Shown here: positions 47,107 through 56,004 of the stretch, piece after piece
How the letters are laid out: each line of letters opens with the position of its first letter
Position numbering within the stretch: the first letter of the stretch is position 1
Source of the DNA: Solirubrobacteraceae bacterium
Lineage (GTDB): Bacteria > Actinomycetota > Thermoleophilia > Solirubrobacterales > Solirubrobacteraceae
DNA length: 59,764 nt
NCBI GenBank assembly: GCA_036520135.1
Contig: DATDKF010000003.1
Coordinates: 1-59,764, forward strand
Reading direction: 5' to 3'
Made by a program: the position numbers and the translations under genes
Notes under the pieces: generated by a model
The model's input: only the letters and a program-made list of their open reading frames with translations
What the model was told of the DNA's origin: nothing
Databases searched by the model: none

Positions 47107-47849
47107 GCCCGCACCACGCTGACGCCGGCCGCGGCATAGTCGGCGGTCAGGTCGTCGCCGGCGTCGGTGACCAGGTGGGTCACGTCGGCGAGCGGGGTGA
47201 CCAGCCACGGCGCGGCGGTGCGCAGCTTGTCGGCCGTCGCGAGCGCGATCACCTCGGCCGCGGCCTCGACCATCGCGCGCTTGACATGCGCCTCGTCGTG
47301 GTCGGTCGCGGTCACGCCCAGCTCGGGGTGCAGGCTGCAGATCCCGAGCACGCAGACGTCGGCGCGGACCTGGCGGAGCGCGTCGACCGCCGCGGGGCCG
47401 ACCGTCACCTGCGGGTCCTTGAGCAGCCGCCCCCCGATCAGCACGACGTCGACGCGCGCGTGGCCGGCGAGCGCCCCCGCGACCGGCGGAGCGTTCGTCA
47501 GCACCGTGCACGGGCGGTCCGGCAGCCGGCGCGCGAGCTCGAGCGCGGTCGTCCCGCCGTCGAGCACGATCACGCTCGCCCCTTCCAGCAGGGGCAGCGC
47601 CGCCTCGGCGAGGTGGGCCTTGGCCTCGGGCGCGACCGCGAGCCGCTCGGCGAACGTCGCCGCCGCCGGGGCGGGCGGGAGCGCGCCGCCGTGCACGCGC
47701 TGCACGAGACCGCCGGCCGCCAGCTCGCGCAGGTCGCGCCGCACCGTGTCCTCCGACACGCCGAGCACACCGACGAGCTCCGAAGCCACGACCTTGCCGT
47801 CGCGTTCGAGGTGGCCGAGGATCACGCGGCGGCGTTCGGCGGTCAGCAT
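47103..47849 (-). CDS. DeoR/GlpR-family transcriptional regulator
   Basis: Contains the HTH ELVGVLGVSEDTVRRDLREL plus a DeoR C-terminal sensor domain. Confidence 0.9.
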   Translation of the reverse strand: MLTAERRRVILGHLERDGKVVASELVGVLGVSEDTVRRDLRELAAGGLVQRVHGGALPPAPAAATFAERLAVAPEAKAHLAEAALPLLEGASVIVLDGGTTALELARRLPDRPCTVLTNAPPVAGALAGHARVDVVLIGGRLLKDPQVTVGPAAVDALRQVRADVCVLGICSLHPELGVTATDHDEAHVKRAMVEAAAEVIALATADKLRTAAPWLVTPLADVTHLVTDAGDDLTADYAAAGVSVVRA

Positions 47850-47923
47850 GCGTGCGGGTTATAACACGGAAGTGCGGGTTTGTGCCCGTTTGGTACGGCT
47901 AAGCGGACAGTCCCCTTTAGTGG

Positions 47924-48034
47924 CAGCCGCAGCGAGCGCATGCCGCGGATCAGCCACGCCGTCGGGTCGATCTCCCACCAGCGCAGGCCGTGGCGGGCGG
48001 AGCGCGGGAACGTGTGGTGGTTGTGGTGCGGCGA
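47924..48034 (-). pseudogene. Relic of the C-terminal end of an acyl-CoA/fatty-acid desaturase
   Basis: One minus-strand frame reads SPHHNHHTFPRSARHGLRWWEIDPTAWLIRGMRSLRL. This matches the third histidine box (HNNHH) and the following conserved tail of membrane desaturases. There is no start codon and no upstream desaturase body. Confidence 0.5.
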
Positions 48035-48145
48035 GATTGAACCAGCGGTGCAGGGCGGACATGGTTGAGTCCTACCCGCAGCGCACCCACCGGCTCTCGA
48101 CGTCTCGGGATGGTCGAGGCCAGGTTTGCTGTAGCCTCGTGACAA

Positions 48146-49426
48146 ATGGCGACGCCCGCGGCTCGCACCACGTTCGCAGCCGTGCCGCCGGAGGCGGCCG
48201 ACGTCCTGCGGCCGGCGCTCCCGGGCCTGGCCGACGAGATGATCGCGGCCATCGCCGTCGAGGTTCCCGACTACGCGCGCGCGATGGAAGGGACGTTCGG
48301 CCAGATGGTGCGGCTCGGCGTCGAGGTCGCGCTCGGGCGCTTCATGGACATGGTCGCGGACCCGACCGCCGACGTGACGCGGGCGCGCGACACCTACGTC
48401 AACCTCGGCCGCGGCGAGTTCCACGCCGGCCGCAGCCTCGACGCGCTGCTCGCCGCCTACCGCGTCGGCGCGCGGCTCGCGTGGCGCCGCTTCGTCGAGG
48501 CCGGCACGGCGGCCGAGCTGCCGCCCGAGGCGCTGTACTCGGTCGGCGAGGCGATGTTCGCCTACATCGACGAGATCTCCGCCGAGTCGGCCGACGGCTA
48601 CGCCGAGGAGCAGTCGGCAGCCGCCGGGGAGAGCCAGCGGCGCCGGCGGCGGCTGGTGCGGCTGCTCGCCCAGGACCCGCCGCCGGGCGCGGAGGCGATC
48701 CGCACCGCCGCGCAGGCCGCCGCCTGGCCGCTGCCCAACCGCGTCGCCGTGCTCGTCGCCGCCGACATCACCGGCGCAAGCGATGCCGGCGGCCCGCCGC
48801 CGGACGCCCGCGGCGGCGAGCCCGTGCCCGGCGAGGAGATCATCGAGGCGACCGCGACGCGGCTGGCCCGCCGGATCGGCGGCGGCGCGCTCGGCGGAGC
48901 GGCCGCCGGGCTCACGTGCGTCTTCGTGCCCGACCCCGACGCGCCCGGCCGCGGGCGCCAGATCGCCGCCGCGCTCGCCGACGGCCCAACCTCCGGCGGC
49001 GACGGCCCGCCCGCGATCATCAGCCGCGGCCCCACCGTGCCGTGGGCGGACGCGGCGTCGAGCCTGCGGCGCGCGGCCGCCGCGTACCGGCTCGCCACCT
49101 CCGGCCGCATCCCCGGCGGGCTCGTCATCGCCGAGGACCACCTGGCGACGCTGCTGCTCGCCGCCGACCGCGGGCTGGCGGCCGACCTCGCCGCCTCGCG
49201 GCTCGCGCCGCTGCAGACGCTCGGCGACGGCCCACGCGCGCGGCTGACCGAGACCCTGCGCGCCTGGCTCGACCGCCCGGGCCAGGTCCAGGCCGTCGCG
49301 GCAGAGCTCGACGTGCACCCGCAGACCGTCCGCTACCGCCTCCGCCAGCTGCGCGAGCTGTTCGGCACGCGCCTGGACGATCCGGAGGCCCGCTTCGAGC
49401 TCGCCCTCGCCTTACGGGTGGGATGA
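48146..49426 (+). CDS. PucR-family transcriptional regulator
   Basis: The C-terminal PucR HTH reads RLTETLRAWLDRPGQVQAVAAELDVHPQTVRYRLRQLRELFG. Confidence 0.85.
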   Translation: MATPAARTTFAAVPPEAADVLRPALPGLADEMIAAIAVEVPDYARAMEGTFGQMVRLGVEVALGRFMDMVADPTADVTRARDTYVNLGRGEFHAGRSLDALLAAYRVGARLAWRRFVEAGTAAELPPEALYSVGEAMFAYIDEISAESADGYAEEQSAAAGESQRRRRRLVRLLAQDPPPGAEAIRTAAQAAAWPLPNRVAVLVAADITGASDAGGPPPDARGGEPVPGEEIIEATATRLARRIGGGALGGAAAGLTCVFVPDPDAPGRGRQIAAALADGPTSGGDGPPAIISRGPTVPWADAASSLRRAAAAYRLATSGRIPGGLVIAEDHLATLLLAADRGLAADLAASRLAPLQTLGDGPRARLTETLRAWLDRPGQVQAVAAELDVHPQTVRYRLRQLRELFGTRLDDPEARFELALALRVG

Positions 49427-49463
49427 GGCGTCAAGACGCGCCGCGTGCGCTATTCATGTCCGC

Positions 49464-50306
49464 ATGCGCCTCCTCGTGACGGGGGCCGCGGGCATGCTGG
49501 GCCGCGACGTGGTGACGGCCGCAGTGGACGCCGGCCACGAGGTCGCCGCGCTCGCCCGGGCCGACCTGGACATCACCGACGCCGACGCCGTGCGGGCCGC
49601 CGTGCTCGCCGCCCGCCCCGGCGCGGTCATCAACTGCGCCGCCTGGACCGACGTCGACGGCGCCGAGACCGCCGAGGAGCAGGCCACCGCGGTCAACGGC
49701 ACGGGCGCCGGCCACCTGGCGGCCGCGGCCGCCGAGGCCGGCGCGCTGCTCGTGCACGTCTCCAGCGACTACGTCTTCGACGGCCGCTCCGAGGAGCCCT
49801 ACGAGGAGGCCGCGCCGACCGGCCCCCAGGGCGCATACGGGCGCTCCAAGCTCGCCGGCGAGCACGCGGTCGCCGCGGCCGGCGGCCGCAGCGCGATCGT
49901 CCGCTCGGCGTGGGTGTTCGGCCCACACGGCAAGAACTTCGTCGACACGATGCGGCGGCTCGGGGCCGAGCGCGACGAGGTCGCGGTCGTCGACGACCAG
50001 GTCGGCTGCCCGACGTACACGGGCCACCTGGCCGCGGCGCTGCTGCGGATCGCCGAGCGGGGCGCGACCGGCGTGATGCACCTCGCCGGCGGCGGACGCT
50101 GCTCGTGGTACGACCTCGCGGTAGCGACGTTCGAGGAGACCGGCCTGGCCTGCCGCGTGCGGCCGCAGAGCACGGCCGACCTCGGCCGTCCGGCGCCGCG
50201 CCCGGCGTTCTCCGTCCTGTCCAGCACGCGGACCGACGTCCCGGTGCTCCCGAGCTGGCGCGATGGGTTGCGCGCGCATCTGACCCGACTGGAGGTAGCG
50301 GCGTGA
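49464..50306 (+). CDS. rmlD: dTDP-4-dehydrorhamnose reductase
   Basis: Contains MRLLVTGAAGMLG, the YGRSKLAGE catalytic YxxxK and the RmlD-typical VVDDQVGCPTY. Confidence 0.92.
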   Translation: MRLLVTGAAGMLGRDVVTAAVDAGHEVAALARADLDITDADAVRAAVLAARPGAVINCAAWTDVDGAETAEEQATAVNGTGAGHLAAAAAEAGALLVHVSSDYVFDGRSEEPYEEAAPTGPQGAYGRSKLAGEHAVAAAGGRSAIVRSAWVFGPHGKNFVDTMRRLGAERDEVAVVDDQVGCPTYTGHLAAALLRIAERGATGVMHLAGGGRCSWYDLAVATFEETGLACRVRPQSTADLGRPAPRPAFSVLSSTRTDVPVLPSWRDGLRAHLTRLEVAA

Positions 50307-51286
50307 GGCTGCTCGTCTGTGGTGGGGCCGGCTTCATCGGCTCGAACTTCGTGCGCCTGCGGCTCGCCGCGGGCGACGAGATCACGGTGCTCGACAAGCT
50401 GACCTACGCCGGCCGGCGCGAGAACCTCGAAGGGCTCGACGTACGCCTCGTCGTCGGCGGGATCGAGGATCCGGCGGCAGTCGCCGATGCGATCGAGGGC
50501 TGCGACGCGATCGCCAACTTCGCCGCCGAGACGCACGTCGATCGCTCGATCGCCGAGCCCGACGCGTTCGTCACCACCCACGCGCTCGGCACCTACACGC
50601 TGCTGGAGGCCGCCCGCGAGCGGTCGCTGCGCTACGTCCAGGTCTCGACCGACGAGGTCTACGGCTCGATCGAGGAGGGCTCGTTCACCGAGCAGTCGCC
50701 GCTGCAGCCGTCCTCGCCGTACTCCGCCACCAAGGCCGGGGCCGACCTCCTCGTCGCCTCCTACCACCACACGTTCGGGCTCGAGGCGCTGATCTGCCGC
50801 GGCTCGAACAACTACGGGCCGTACCAGTACCCCGAGAAGCTGATCCCGCTGATGGTCCTCAACGCCCTGCACGGCGACAAGCTGCCGGTCTACGGCGACG
50901 GCATGCAGGTCCGCAACTGGATCTACGTCGAGGACTTCGGGCGCGGGATCGCGACCGTGCTCGAGCGCGGCGAGCCGGGCGAGGTCTACAACGTCGGCGG
51001 CCCGGACGAGGCCCCGAACCTCGAGGTCGTCAAGAAGATCATCGAGTACACGGGCGCCGACGAGTCGCTGATCGAGTACGTCACCGACCGCCCCGGCCAC
51101 GACCGCCGCTACTCGCTCGGCTCCGAGAAGGCGCGGGCGCTCGGCTGGGAGGCGCAGGTGCGGTTCGCCGACGGTTTGGAGAGGACTGTGAACTGGTACC
51201 GGGAACACACGGCTTGGTGGGAGCCGATCCGCTCCGGCGACTACCGCGCGTACTACGAGCGGCAGTACGGCCGCGCCCTGGGCTGA
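50303..51286 (+). CDS. rmlB: dTDP-glucose 4,6-dehydratase
   Basis: GTG 50303 forms a GTGA overlap with the rmlD stop. Motifs are GGAGFIGSNF, STDEVYG, YSATKAG and RPGHDRRY. Confidence 0.95.
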   Translation: MRLLVCGGAGFIGSNFVRLRLAAGDEITVLDKLTYAGRRENLEGLDVRLVVGGIEDPAAVADAIEGCDAIANFAAETHVDRSIAEPDAFVTTHALGTYTLLEAARERSLRYVQVSTDEVYGSIEEGSFTEQSPLQPSSPYSATKAGADLLVASYHHTFGLEALICRGSNNYGPYQYPEKLIPLMVLNALHGDKLPVYGDGMQVRNWIYVEDFGRGIATVLERGEPGEVYNVGGPDEAPNLEVVKKIIEYTGADESLIEYVTDRPGHDRRYSLGSEKARALGWEAQVRFADGLERTVNWYREHTAWWEPIRSGDYRAYYERQYGRALG

Positions 51287-51302
51287 CCGAGGAGGAACCG
51301 TC

Positions 51303-52220
51303 GTGGCGACATCGTCGTTCACGCCGCAGCTGCGGCCGTTGTCGATCGGAGAGATGCTCGATGCGGGGTTCAAGCTGTTCCGGCACCGGTTCGGGACGCT
51401 GATGGTCTGTGTGCTCGTGCCGGTCGTGCCGCTGAGCATCCTCTCCACGATCGTCGTCGGCTCGGTCGACGACACGGCGTTCGACGTCAACGCCCCGGCC
51501 AGCGACTCGAGCTCGGTCGACGTCGCCAACCTGATCGACAACCTGCTCAGCGGCGCCGCGGCGGCGATCGCCATCGCCGCCTGCTTCAAGGTCATCAGCA
51601 GCGCGTACCTCGGCGAGCGGGCCGACGCGGGGACGTCGTTGCGCTACGGGCTCTCGCGCCTGCTCCCGCTGGTCGTCGCCTACTTCGCGATGTCGATCTG
51701 CGTCGGCATCGGCATCGTCCTACTTCTCGTCCCCGGCATCTTCCTCGCCGTCAAGTGGTCGATGACGTTCCCGGCGATCGTCGCCGAGCGCGCCGGCCCG
51801 TTCGCCGCGATGCGGCGCTCGTGGGAGCTCACGCGCGGGCACTGGTGGCGCACGTTCGGGACGCTGCTCGTGGTCGTGCTGATCTCGTTCGTGCTGTCCA
51901 TCGCGATCCTCGTCGGGTTCGGCGCCGCGGTCGCGACGTCGGACTCGATCTCCGAGCTCGCCTTCGCGGTCCTCCTCACGGCCGTCATGATCATCGTCCT
52001 CGCGATCCTCTATCCGCTCACGGCGGCGGTCGTCACCGTCCTCTACTACGACCTGCGCGTGCGCAATGAGGGCTTCGACCTGCAGCTGCTCGCCCGCGGC
52101 GTCGGCGCCGACGCGGCCCGCTTCGCGTCCGCGCCCGAGCGGCCCGGCCCGACGACTCCCGGCCCGTCGCCGTCCCCCGGCGGGTTCGCGCCGCCGGAGG
52201 GGCCAGCCGCCACCCCGTGA
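51303..52220 (+). CDS. Integral membrane protein (family usually found upstream of DUF4129/MoxR clusters)
   Basis: The GTG start has a GAGGAGG Shine-Dalgarno sequence. It has several TM segments, a YYDLRVRNEGFDL motif near the C-terminus and a Pro-rich tail. Confidence 0.8.
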   Translation: MATSSFTPQLRPLSIGEMLDAGFKLFRHRFGTLMVCVLVPVVPLSILSTIVVGSVDDTAFDVNAPASDSSSVDVANLIDNLLSGAAAAIAIAACFKVISSAYLGERADAGTSLRYGLSRLLPLVVAYFAMSICVGIGIVLLLVPGIFLAVKWSMTFPAIVAERAGPFAAMRRSWELTRGHWWRTFGTLLVVVLISFVLSIAILVGFGAAVATSDSISELAFAVLLTAVMIIVLAILYPLTAAVVTVLYYDLRVRNEGFDLQLLARGVGADAARFASAPERPGPTTPGPSPSPGGFAPPEGPAATP

Positions 52221-53059
52221 GCCTCGGCGGCCGCCTCGTCGCGATCGCCGTCGCGGCGCTCGCGCTGGGCGCCCCGGCCGCAGCGGCGGCCCAGTCGTCG
52301 CCCGCCGCCGACCGCGCGCGGGCGCGCACCATCCTCGAGCAGCGCCGCTTCCAGGGCACCGACCTGCCGCGGCCGCTCCAGAAGCCGCTCGAGTGGCTCG
52401 GCGATCGGCTCGAGCCCGTCTTCGACTGGATCGACGACCGTGGCACAACGGTGCCCGGCGGCCCGATCGTGCTGTGGACGATCCTCGCCGTGCTCCTGCT
52501 GCTCGCGGTGAGCGGCGTCACCGCGACGTCGATCCGGCGGCGCGCGCTGGCGATCGAGCGCGAGCGGGCGGCGGCGTTGCCCGCGAGCGAGGACCCGGGC
52601 GCACTCGAGCGCGCCGCCGAGGAGGCCGAGCGCGAGGGCGACTGGGAGCACGCCGTCCGGCTGCGCTTCCGCGCCGGCCTGCTGCGGCTCGACCGGCGCC
52701 GCATCCTCGACTACCGCCCGTCGCTGACCACCGGCGAGGTCGCGCGCGCGATCCACGCGCCGGCAGCTACGTCGTCCGCGACCGCCACGGCGACCGCGAA
52801 CGCGGCTCGGCGCCGAAGGCGCTCACGCCGATCGACCCGGCGCACGCCGGGAGCTGGGACGTCAGCGCGGTGTCGGCGGACGACGTTGCGACGGTGCGGG
52901 CGTTCCTTGCGCGCCGCGACTCTCGACCCGGCGGCGCGGACGCGGATCGCGACCGACCTCGCCGACCGGCTGCGGCCGCTCGTAGGCGGCGCGAGCGAGC
53001 GCTCCGACGAGACGTTCCTCGTGCTCCTGGTCGCGGCGAAGTCCGCCCGCGGGAGCTAG
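52217..53059 (+). CDS. DUF4129-like protein whose C-terminal third is replaced by out-of-frame and foreign sequence (chimeric ORF)
   Basis: The signal/TM region and GDWEHAVRLRFRAGLLRLDRRRILDYRPSLTTGEVARA look like DUF4129. From about 52760 the frame becomes R/S/T-rich junk. The last 45 aa match an RDD-protein tail. It has a GTGA overlap with the upstream gene. Confidence 0.6.
   Translation: MSLGGRLVAIAVAALALGAPAAAAAQSSPAADRARARTILEQRRFQGTDLPRPLQKPLEWLGDRLEPVFDWIDDRGTTVPGGPIVLWTILAVLLLLAVSGVTATSIRRRALAIERERAAALPASEDPGALERAAEEAEREGDWEHAVRLRFRAGLLRLDRRRILDYRPSLTTGEVARAIHAPAATSSATATATANAARRRRRSRRSTRRTPGAGTSARCRRTTLRRCGRSLRAATLDPAARTRIATDLADRLRPLVGGASERSDETFLVLLVAAKSARGS
52753..53059 (+). pseudogene. 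Frameshifted C-terminal remnant of an RDD-family membrane protein
   Basis: The +1 frame over 52753-52920 reads AGSYVVRDRHG...WDVSAVSADDVATVRAFLARRDS. It continues in the ORF frame from 52921 as LDPAARTRIATDLADRLRPLV...ETFLVLLVAAKSAR. Together these resemble the conserved tail of actinobacterial RDD proteins. Confidence 0.45.
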
Positions 53060-53472
53060 CGGCGCTCGCTCAGCGACGTCGCGCGCCACTGACCGTTCTC
53101 GCGCGCGAACGCCATCGTCTCGCTCGAGCCGTCCTTGCCGCGCTGCACCTCGGCGGTGGCGGTCGTGCCGTTGACCGTCACCTTGCGCACCTCGAGGTCG
53201 AACTCGTTGGCGTCGTCGATCGCCTTCTGCATCTCGGTCTTGCAGTCGGTCCCGGCCGAGTCGAGCTGGCTGACGAGGTCCTTGGAGAGGATGTTCGAGC
53301 AGATGTCCTCGGGCTTGCCGGACTTGCCCGCGTCCTCGAGGTCCTCGACCTTCTGGGCGACCGCGCGCTGCTCGGGGTCCTTGAAGTTGTCGACCGACGT
53401 CGGCGTGGACTGGGTGCCGCAGCCGGCAAGGGCGAGGACGAGGAAGAGGAGCAGGAGAACGGCGCGTCGCAT
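53056..53472 (-). CDS. Lipoprotein (hypothetical)
   Basis: The signal peptide carries the lipobox LALAGC. The protein is 138 aa. Confidence 0.8.
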   Translation of the reverse strand: MRRAVLLLLFLVLALAGCGTQSTPTSVDNFKDPEQRAVAQKVEDLEDAGKSGKPEDICSNILSKDLVSQLDSAGTDCKTEMQKAIDDANEFDLEVRKVTVNGTTATAEVQRGKDGSSETMAFARENGQWRATSLSERR

Positions 53473-53510
53473 TGGCTCCGGTGATCCTAGTGACGGTTAC
53501 GATCTGGGCG

Positions 53511-54155
53511 GTGCAGGAACGTGCGACGGTACCCAGGGGGCGGCACGCGCCTCCGCTCGAGGTCCGCCAGGATCGCCAGCGCGAGCGGCTCTTCGCCGCC
53601 GCGGCGACCGTGTTCGCGCGCGGCGGGTACGCCGACGCGTCGGCCGAGGCGATCGCGCGTGAGGCCGGCATGTCGAAGGCGACGTTCTATGAGCACTTCG
53701 CCAACAAGGAGGAGTGCATCGTCGCGCTGTTCGACGCGGCGACCGGCCTGCTGCTGCACAACATGCGCGCCGCGGTCGCCCAGCACGCCGACGCCGACCC
53801 GGCGACGCGCGTGCGCACGACGCTCGAGGCGTTCCTCGGCACGCTCGCCCGCTTCCCCGACGAGTCGCAGACGCTGCTGGTGGAGATCGTCGGCGCCGGC
53901 CCGCGGGCGATGGAGCGGCGCGACCGCGCGCTCGAAGCGGTGGCGCAGTACATCGAGGAGCTCAACCGCGAGGACGCCGCGCGCGGGCGCTCACCGCGGT
54001 TCGCCTCGCCGCACGACGCCTACGCGATCACCGGCGCGGTCGTCGAGCTGGCGTCCCGCCAGATCCGCACCGGCGTCCCGGGCGATATCCGCGAGCTCGA
54101 GCCGATCGTCGAGCGCCTGATCCTCGGGCTGCTGGCCGCCGGCGACGGCACGTGA
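53511..54155 (+). CDS. TetR/AcrR-family transcriptional regulator
   Basis: Contains the HTH AIAREAGMSKATFYEHFANKEE. The start is uncertain among GTG 53481, 53490 and 53511 and TTG 53472. Confidence 0.88.
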   Translation: MQERATVPRGRHAPPLEVRQDRQRERLFAAAATVFARGGYADASAEAIAREAGMSKATFYEHFANKEECIVALFDAATGLLLHNMRAAVAQHADADPATRVRTTLEAFLGTLARFPDESQTLLVEIVGAGPRAMERRDRALEAVAQYIEELNREDAARGRSPRFASPHDAYAITGAVVELASRQIRTGVPGDIRELEPIVERLILGLLAAGDGT

Positions 54156-54805
54156 GCGCCCTCGAGGAGCTCGAGCGCGAGATCACCGCCTGTCGCCGCT
54201 GCCCGCGGCTGGTCGATTGGCGCGAGCGGGTGGCGCGCGAGAAGCGCGCCGCATTCCGCGACTGGGACTATTGGGGCCGGCCGGTCCCGGGCTTCGGCGA
54301 CCCGCAGGCGCGCGTGGTCCTGCTCGGGCTGGCGCCGGCCGCGCACGGCGGGAACCGCACCGGCCGCATGTTCACCGGCGACCGTTCGGGCGACTTCCTG
54401 TACGCCGCGCTGCACGCGACCGGCTTCGCCAACCAGCCGACCGCCGAGCACCGCGACGACGGCCTCGCGCTCACCGACTGCTTCATCACCGCGAGCGTGC
54501 GCTGCGCGCCGCCGGCCAACAAGCCGCTCCCGGCGGAGCGCGACAACTGCCGCCCGTGGCTGGACCGCGAGCTGGCGCTGCTCGAGCGTGCCCGGGTCAT
54601 CGTCTGCCTCGGCAAGTTCGCGTGGGACATGATCGCGCCGCGGCCGCTGTCGCCCTTCGGGCACGGCGCGGAGGCGCGGTCGGGCCGCTTCGCGCTGCTC
54701 GGCTGCTTCCACCCGAGCCAGCAGAACACGTTCACGGGCAAGCTCACCGCGCCGATGATCGAGAGCGTCCTGCTGCGTGCGCGCGAGCTCGCCGAGCTCC
54801 CATGA
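54152..54805 (+). CDS. Uracil-DNA glycosylase superfamily protein (family 5 UdgB-like motif A GLAPA)
   Basis: GTG 54152 forms a GTGA overlap with the TetR stop. It has the CRRCPRL Fe-S Cys pattern, GLAPAAHGGNRTGRMFTGD and a C-terminal HPS. Confidence 0.88.
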   Translation: MSALEELEREITACRRCPRLVDWRERVAREKRAAFRDWDYWGRPVPGFGDPQARVVLLGLAPAAHGGNRTGRMFTGDRSGDFLYAALHATGFANQPTAEHRDDGLALTDCFITASVRCAPPANKPLPAERDNCRPWLDRELALLERARVIVCLGKFAWDMIAPRPLSPFGHGAEARSGRFALLGCFHPSQQNTFTGKLTAPMIESVLLRARELAELP

Positions 54806-56004
54806 GGCGGTACGCGGCGGTCCTGCGCGTCCCGCACGTGGCGCCGCTGATCGCCGCGACGCTGCTGGCGCGGTTCCCGATCGGCATCAATGCGCTGGCG
54901 ATCGTGCTGTACCTGCGCGCCGAGCGCGGGTCGTTCGCGGTCGCCGGTGCGGTCGCGGGGGCACTCGCCGCGGGCAGCGGCGTCGGCGCACCGGTCCAGG
55001 GCCGGCTGGTCGACGCGTTCGGCGCGCGCCGCGTGCTCGTGCCGCTGGGGATGATCCACGCCGCCGCGCTCGGGGCGATCGTCGCGAGCGCCGAGGCGGG
55101 CGCCCCGGCGGCCGTGCTGGTCGCCTGCGGCCTGGCGGCCGGGTTCGCGATCCCGCCGACCTCGTCGGTGCTGCGGTCGATGTGGCCGTCGCTGCTGCGC
55201 GAGCACCAGGAGCTGGTCTCGGCGGCTTACGCGCTCGACTCGGTGCTGATCGAGCTGATCTTCGTGCTCGGCCCGCTGCTCACCGCGGCGATCGCGACGC
55301 TGCTGTCGCCGCCCGCCGCGCTCGTCGTGTCGGCGGCGAGCGTGATCGCCGGCACGGTCGGCTTCACGGCGCTGCCGCCGGCGCGGGCGCTGCGGGTCGA
55401 CCGGGACCGCCCGCGCGCCGGCCTGCTCGGCGCGCTGGCATCGCCGGGGCTGCGCACACTGGTGCTCACCTCGCTGCCGGCGGGCGTCGGCATCGGCATC
55501 TGCGAGGTGACGCTGCCGGCCTTCAGCCACGACATGGGCGCGGCCGCGACCGCCGGCATCCTGCTCGCGCTGTGGTCGATCGGCAGCGCCTGCGGCGGGC
55601 TGGTGTACGGCGCGCTGCTGCACCGGCCGCCGCTCAACCGCGTGCACCTTCTGGTCACCGCCGCACTGCCGGTCAGCCTGCTGCCGATGGCCGCCGCGCC
55701 GTCGGTGCCGGTGATGGCACTGCTCGTGATCCCCGCCGGGATGTTCGTGGCGCCGCTACTCGCCACCCGCAACGAGCTGGTCGGCTGGGTCGCCCCGAAG
55801 GGATCGCGCACCGAGGCCTACACGTGGCCGGTCACCGCGTTCGTGGGCGGGATCGCGATCGGCTCGGCGCTGGCCGGCGCGCTGGTCGAGCAGGCGAGCT
55901 GGCGGGCGGCGTTCCTGGTCGCCGTCGCGTTCGCCGCCGTTGGCGCGCTCGTCGCGGTGGCCCGCCGGGGGACGGTCGTTCAGGCGGTCGCAGGAGCGAG
56001 CTGA
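54802..56004 (+). CDS. MFS transporter
   Basis: ATG 54802 forms an ATGA overlap with the UDG stop. 400 aa with about 12 hydrophobic segments. Confidence 0.88.
   Translation: MRRYAAVLRVPHVAPLIAATLLARFPIGINALAIVLYLRAERGSFAVAGAVAGALAAGSGVGAPVQGRLVDAFGARRVLVPLGMIHAAALGAIVASAEAGAPAAVLVACGLAAGFAIPPTSSVLRSMWPSLLREHQELVSAAYALDSVLIELIFVLGPLLTAAIATLLSPPAALVVSAASVIAGTVGFTALPPARALRVDRDRPRAGLLGALASPGLRTLVLTSLPAGVGIGICEVTLPAFSHDMGAAATAGILLALWSIGSACGGLVYGALLHRPPLNRVHLLVTAALPVSLLPMAAAPSVPVMALLVIPAGMFVAPLLATRNELVGWVAPKGSRTEAYTWPVTAFVGGIAIGSALAGALVEQASWRAAFLVAVAFAAVGALVAVARRGTVVQAVAGAS

Noticed and set aside
47859-48062. 67-aa minus-strand ORF MSALHRWFNLAAPQPPH... as a real small gene
   Set aside because: It is the same DNA as the desaturase histidine-box fossil read in another frame. 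It is Pro/Ala/Arg-rich with no ribosome-binding signal, so it is more likely non-coding relic DNA.
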